Assembly: GCA_000388065.2 (NCBI GenBank)
Contig: KB932201.1
Source: Fonticula alba ATCC 38817
Lineage: Eukaryota > Protista > Nucleariida
Reading direction: 5' to 3' (one strand)
Length of the DNA: 33,160 bases
The notes beneath the pieces were generated by a model. It did not search any database. It was not told the origin of the DNA and saw nothing but the letters and a program-made list of their open reading frames with translations. The first letter of the stretch is position 1; each line of letters begins with the position of its first letter. The position numbers and the translations under genes were made by a program. This document shows, in pieces, positions 32,605-33,160 of this stretch.

Positions 32605-33160
32605 CGAAGAGCATGCGAGAGCATCACTGAGAGCACCAGTCCAGCCCGCGAACACCAGTTCTAAGGCTTCCTCTCGAACCCCCTTTTTTTATTGTTTTAT
32701 TTTATTCTTTCTTTCTTCCGTTCGCCCGCTAACTCGTCCCAGGCCGAGTTACCAGCCTCACTCCTTCCAGGCGACATCGTATTCCCTGGTTCGATACGCC
32801 CTCTACTTCATGCCTCAGAATGCCTCCTAACCGGTGGCAGATTTCCGGTATGGCTTCCGTCAAAGCGTCACTCCTTTGCCGAAAGACCGGATCCGTGAGA
32901 ACCCTGCTACAGCGAATTTATATCATTTGATATGCAAGACGGACAGCCAACGGACGGATTGTTGGATGGGGGAGGTCTTTGTCTGGTTTGTGTGTTTGAG
33001 GCGTCTCCAAGCGGTGTGCGATCTGCACTCGTGGGTCTCTCTCCTCACTCGCCGGGCACCCGCCGGGACTGTGGAGAGGCTGTGTGGGGATCTATTTGTG
33101 GGCGTGGGGCACATGCGCGGGCGCCTCTTTTGGGGCACATGGCAACCTCTGTTTCCCCCC

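Noticed and set aside
30525-32664. ORFs spanning N runs (poly-X translations)
   Set aside because: Artefacts of translating through gaps.
31447-32912. DIRS-type retrotransposon with ICR
   Set aside because: The bridge lies outside the implied element ends, and no RT, RNase H or tyrosine recombinase sequence is visible.

Overview
GC-rich eukaryotic draft-assembly scaffold with spliceosomal GT-AG introns, many poly-G/C runs, microsatellites and three N gaps. The organism cannot be established here. GC content, short GTRCG-donor introns and furin-repeat membrane proteins would fit a protist such as Fonticula (inference only). Seven protein genes can be built by hand, with reading frame preserved across every proposed splice: (1) a 61-aa Cys-rich protein with a TATA box; (2) a 7-exon 2xCCCH zinc-finger/DUF1771-like/Smr protein whose Smr motifs are degenerate; (3,4) two tandem paralogous type-I membrane proteins with furin-like Cys-rich repeats and an intron at the equivalent position; (5) an intronless secreted subtilisin (S8A, proteinase K/aqualysin-like) with GTSA instead of GTSM; (6) a 2-exon 8-Cys secreted, probably GPI-anchored protein that the ORF track shows only in fragments; (7) a 6-exon orphan 2-TM protein. 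Three short tandem duplications are each separated by Illumina TruSeq adapter sequence and are assembly artefacts. A lower-GC island between the last two gaps carries a degenerate Tc1/mariner/IS630-type motif (LPVYSPDLTP). It also carries a 29-nt segment that is the reverse complement of two distant 15-mers joined together. No rRNA, tRNA or CRISPR array was recognised. Most long ORFs in the track are GC-driven shadows.
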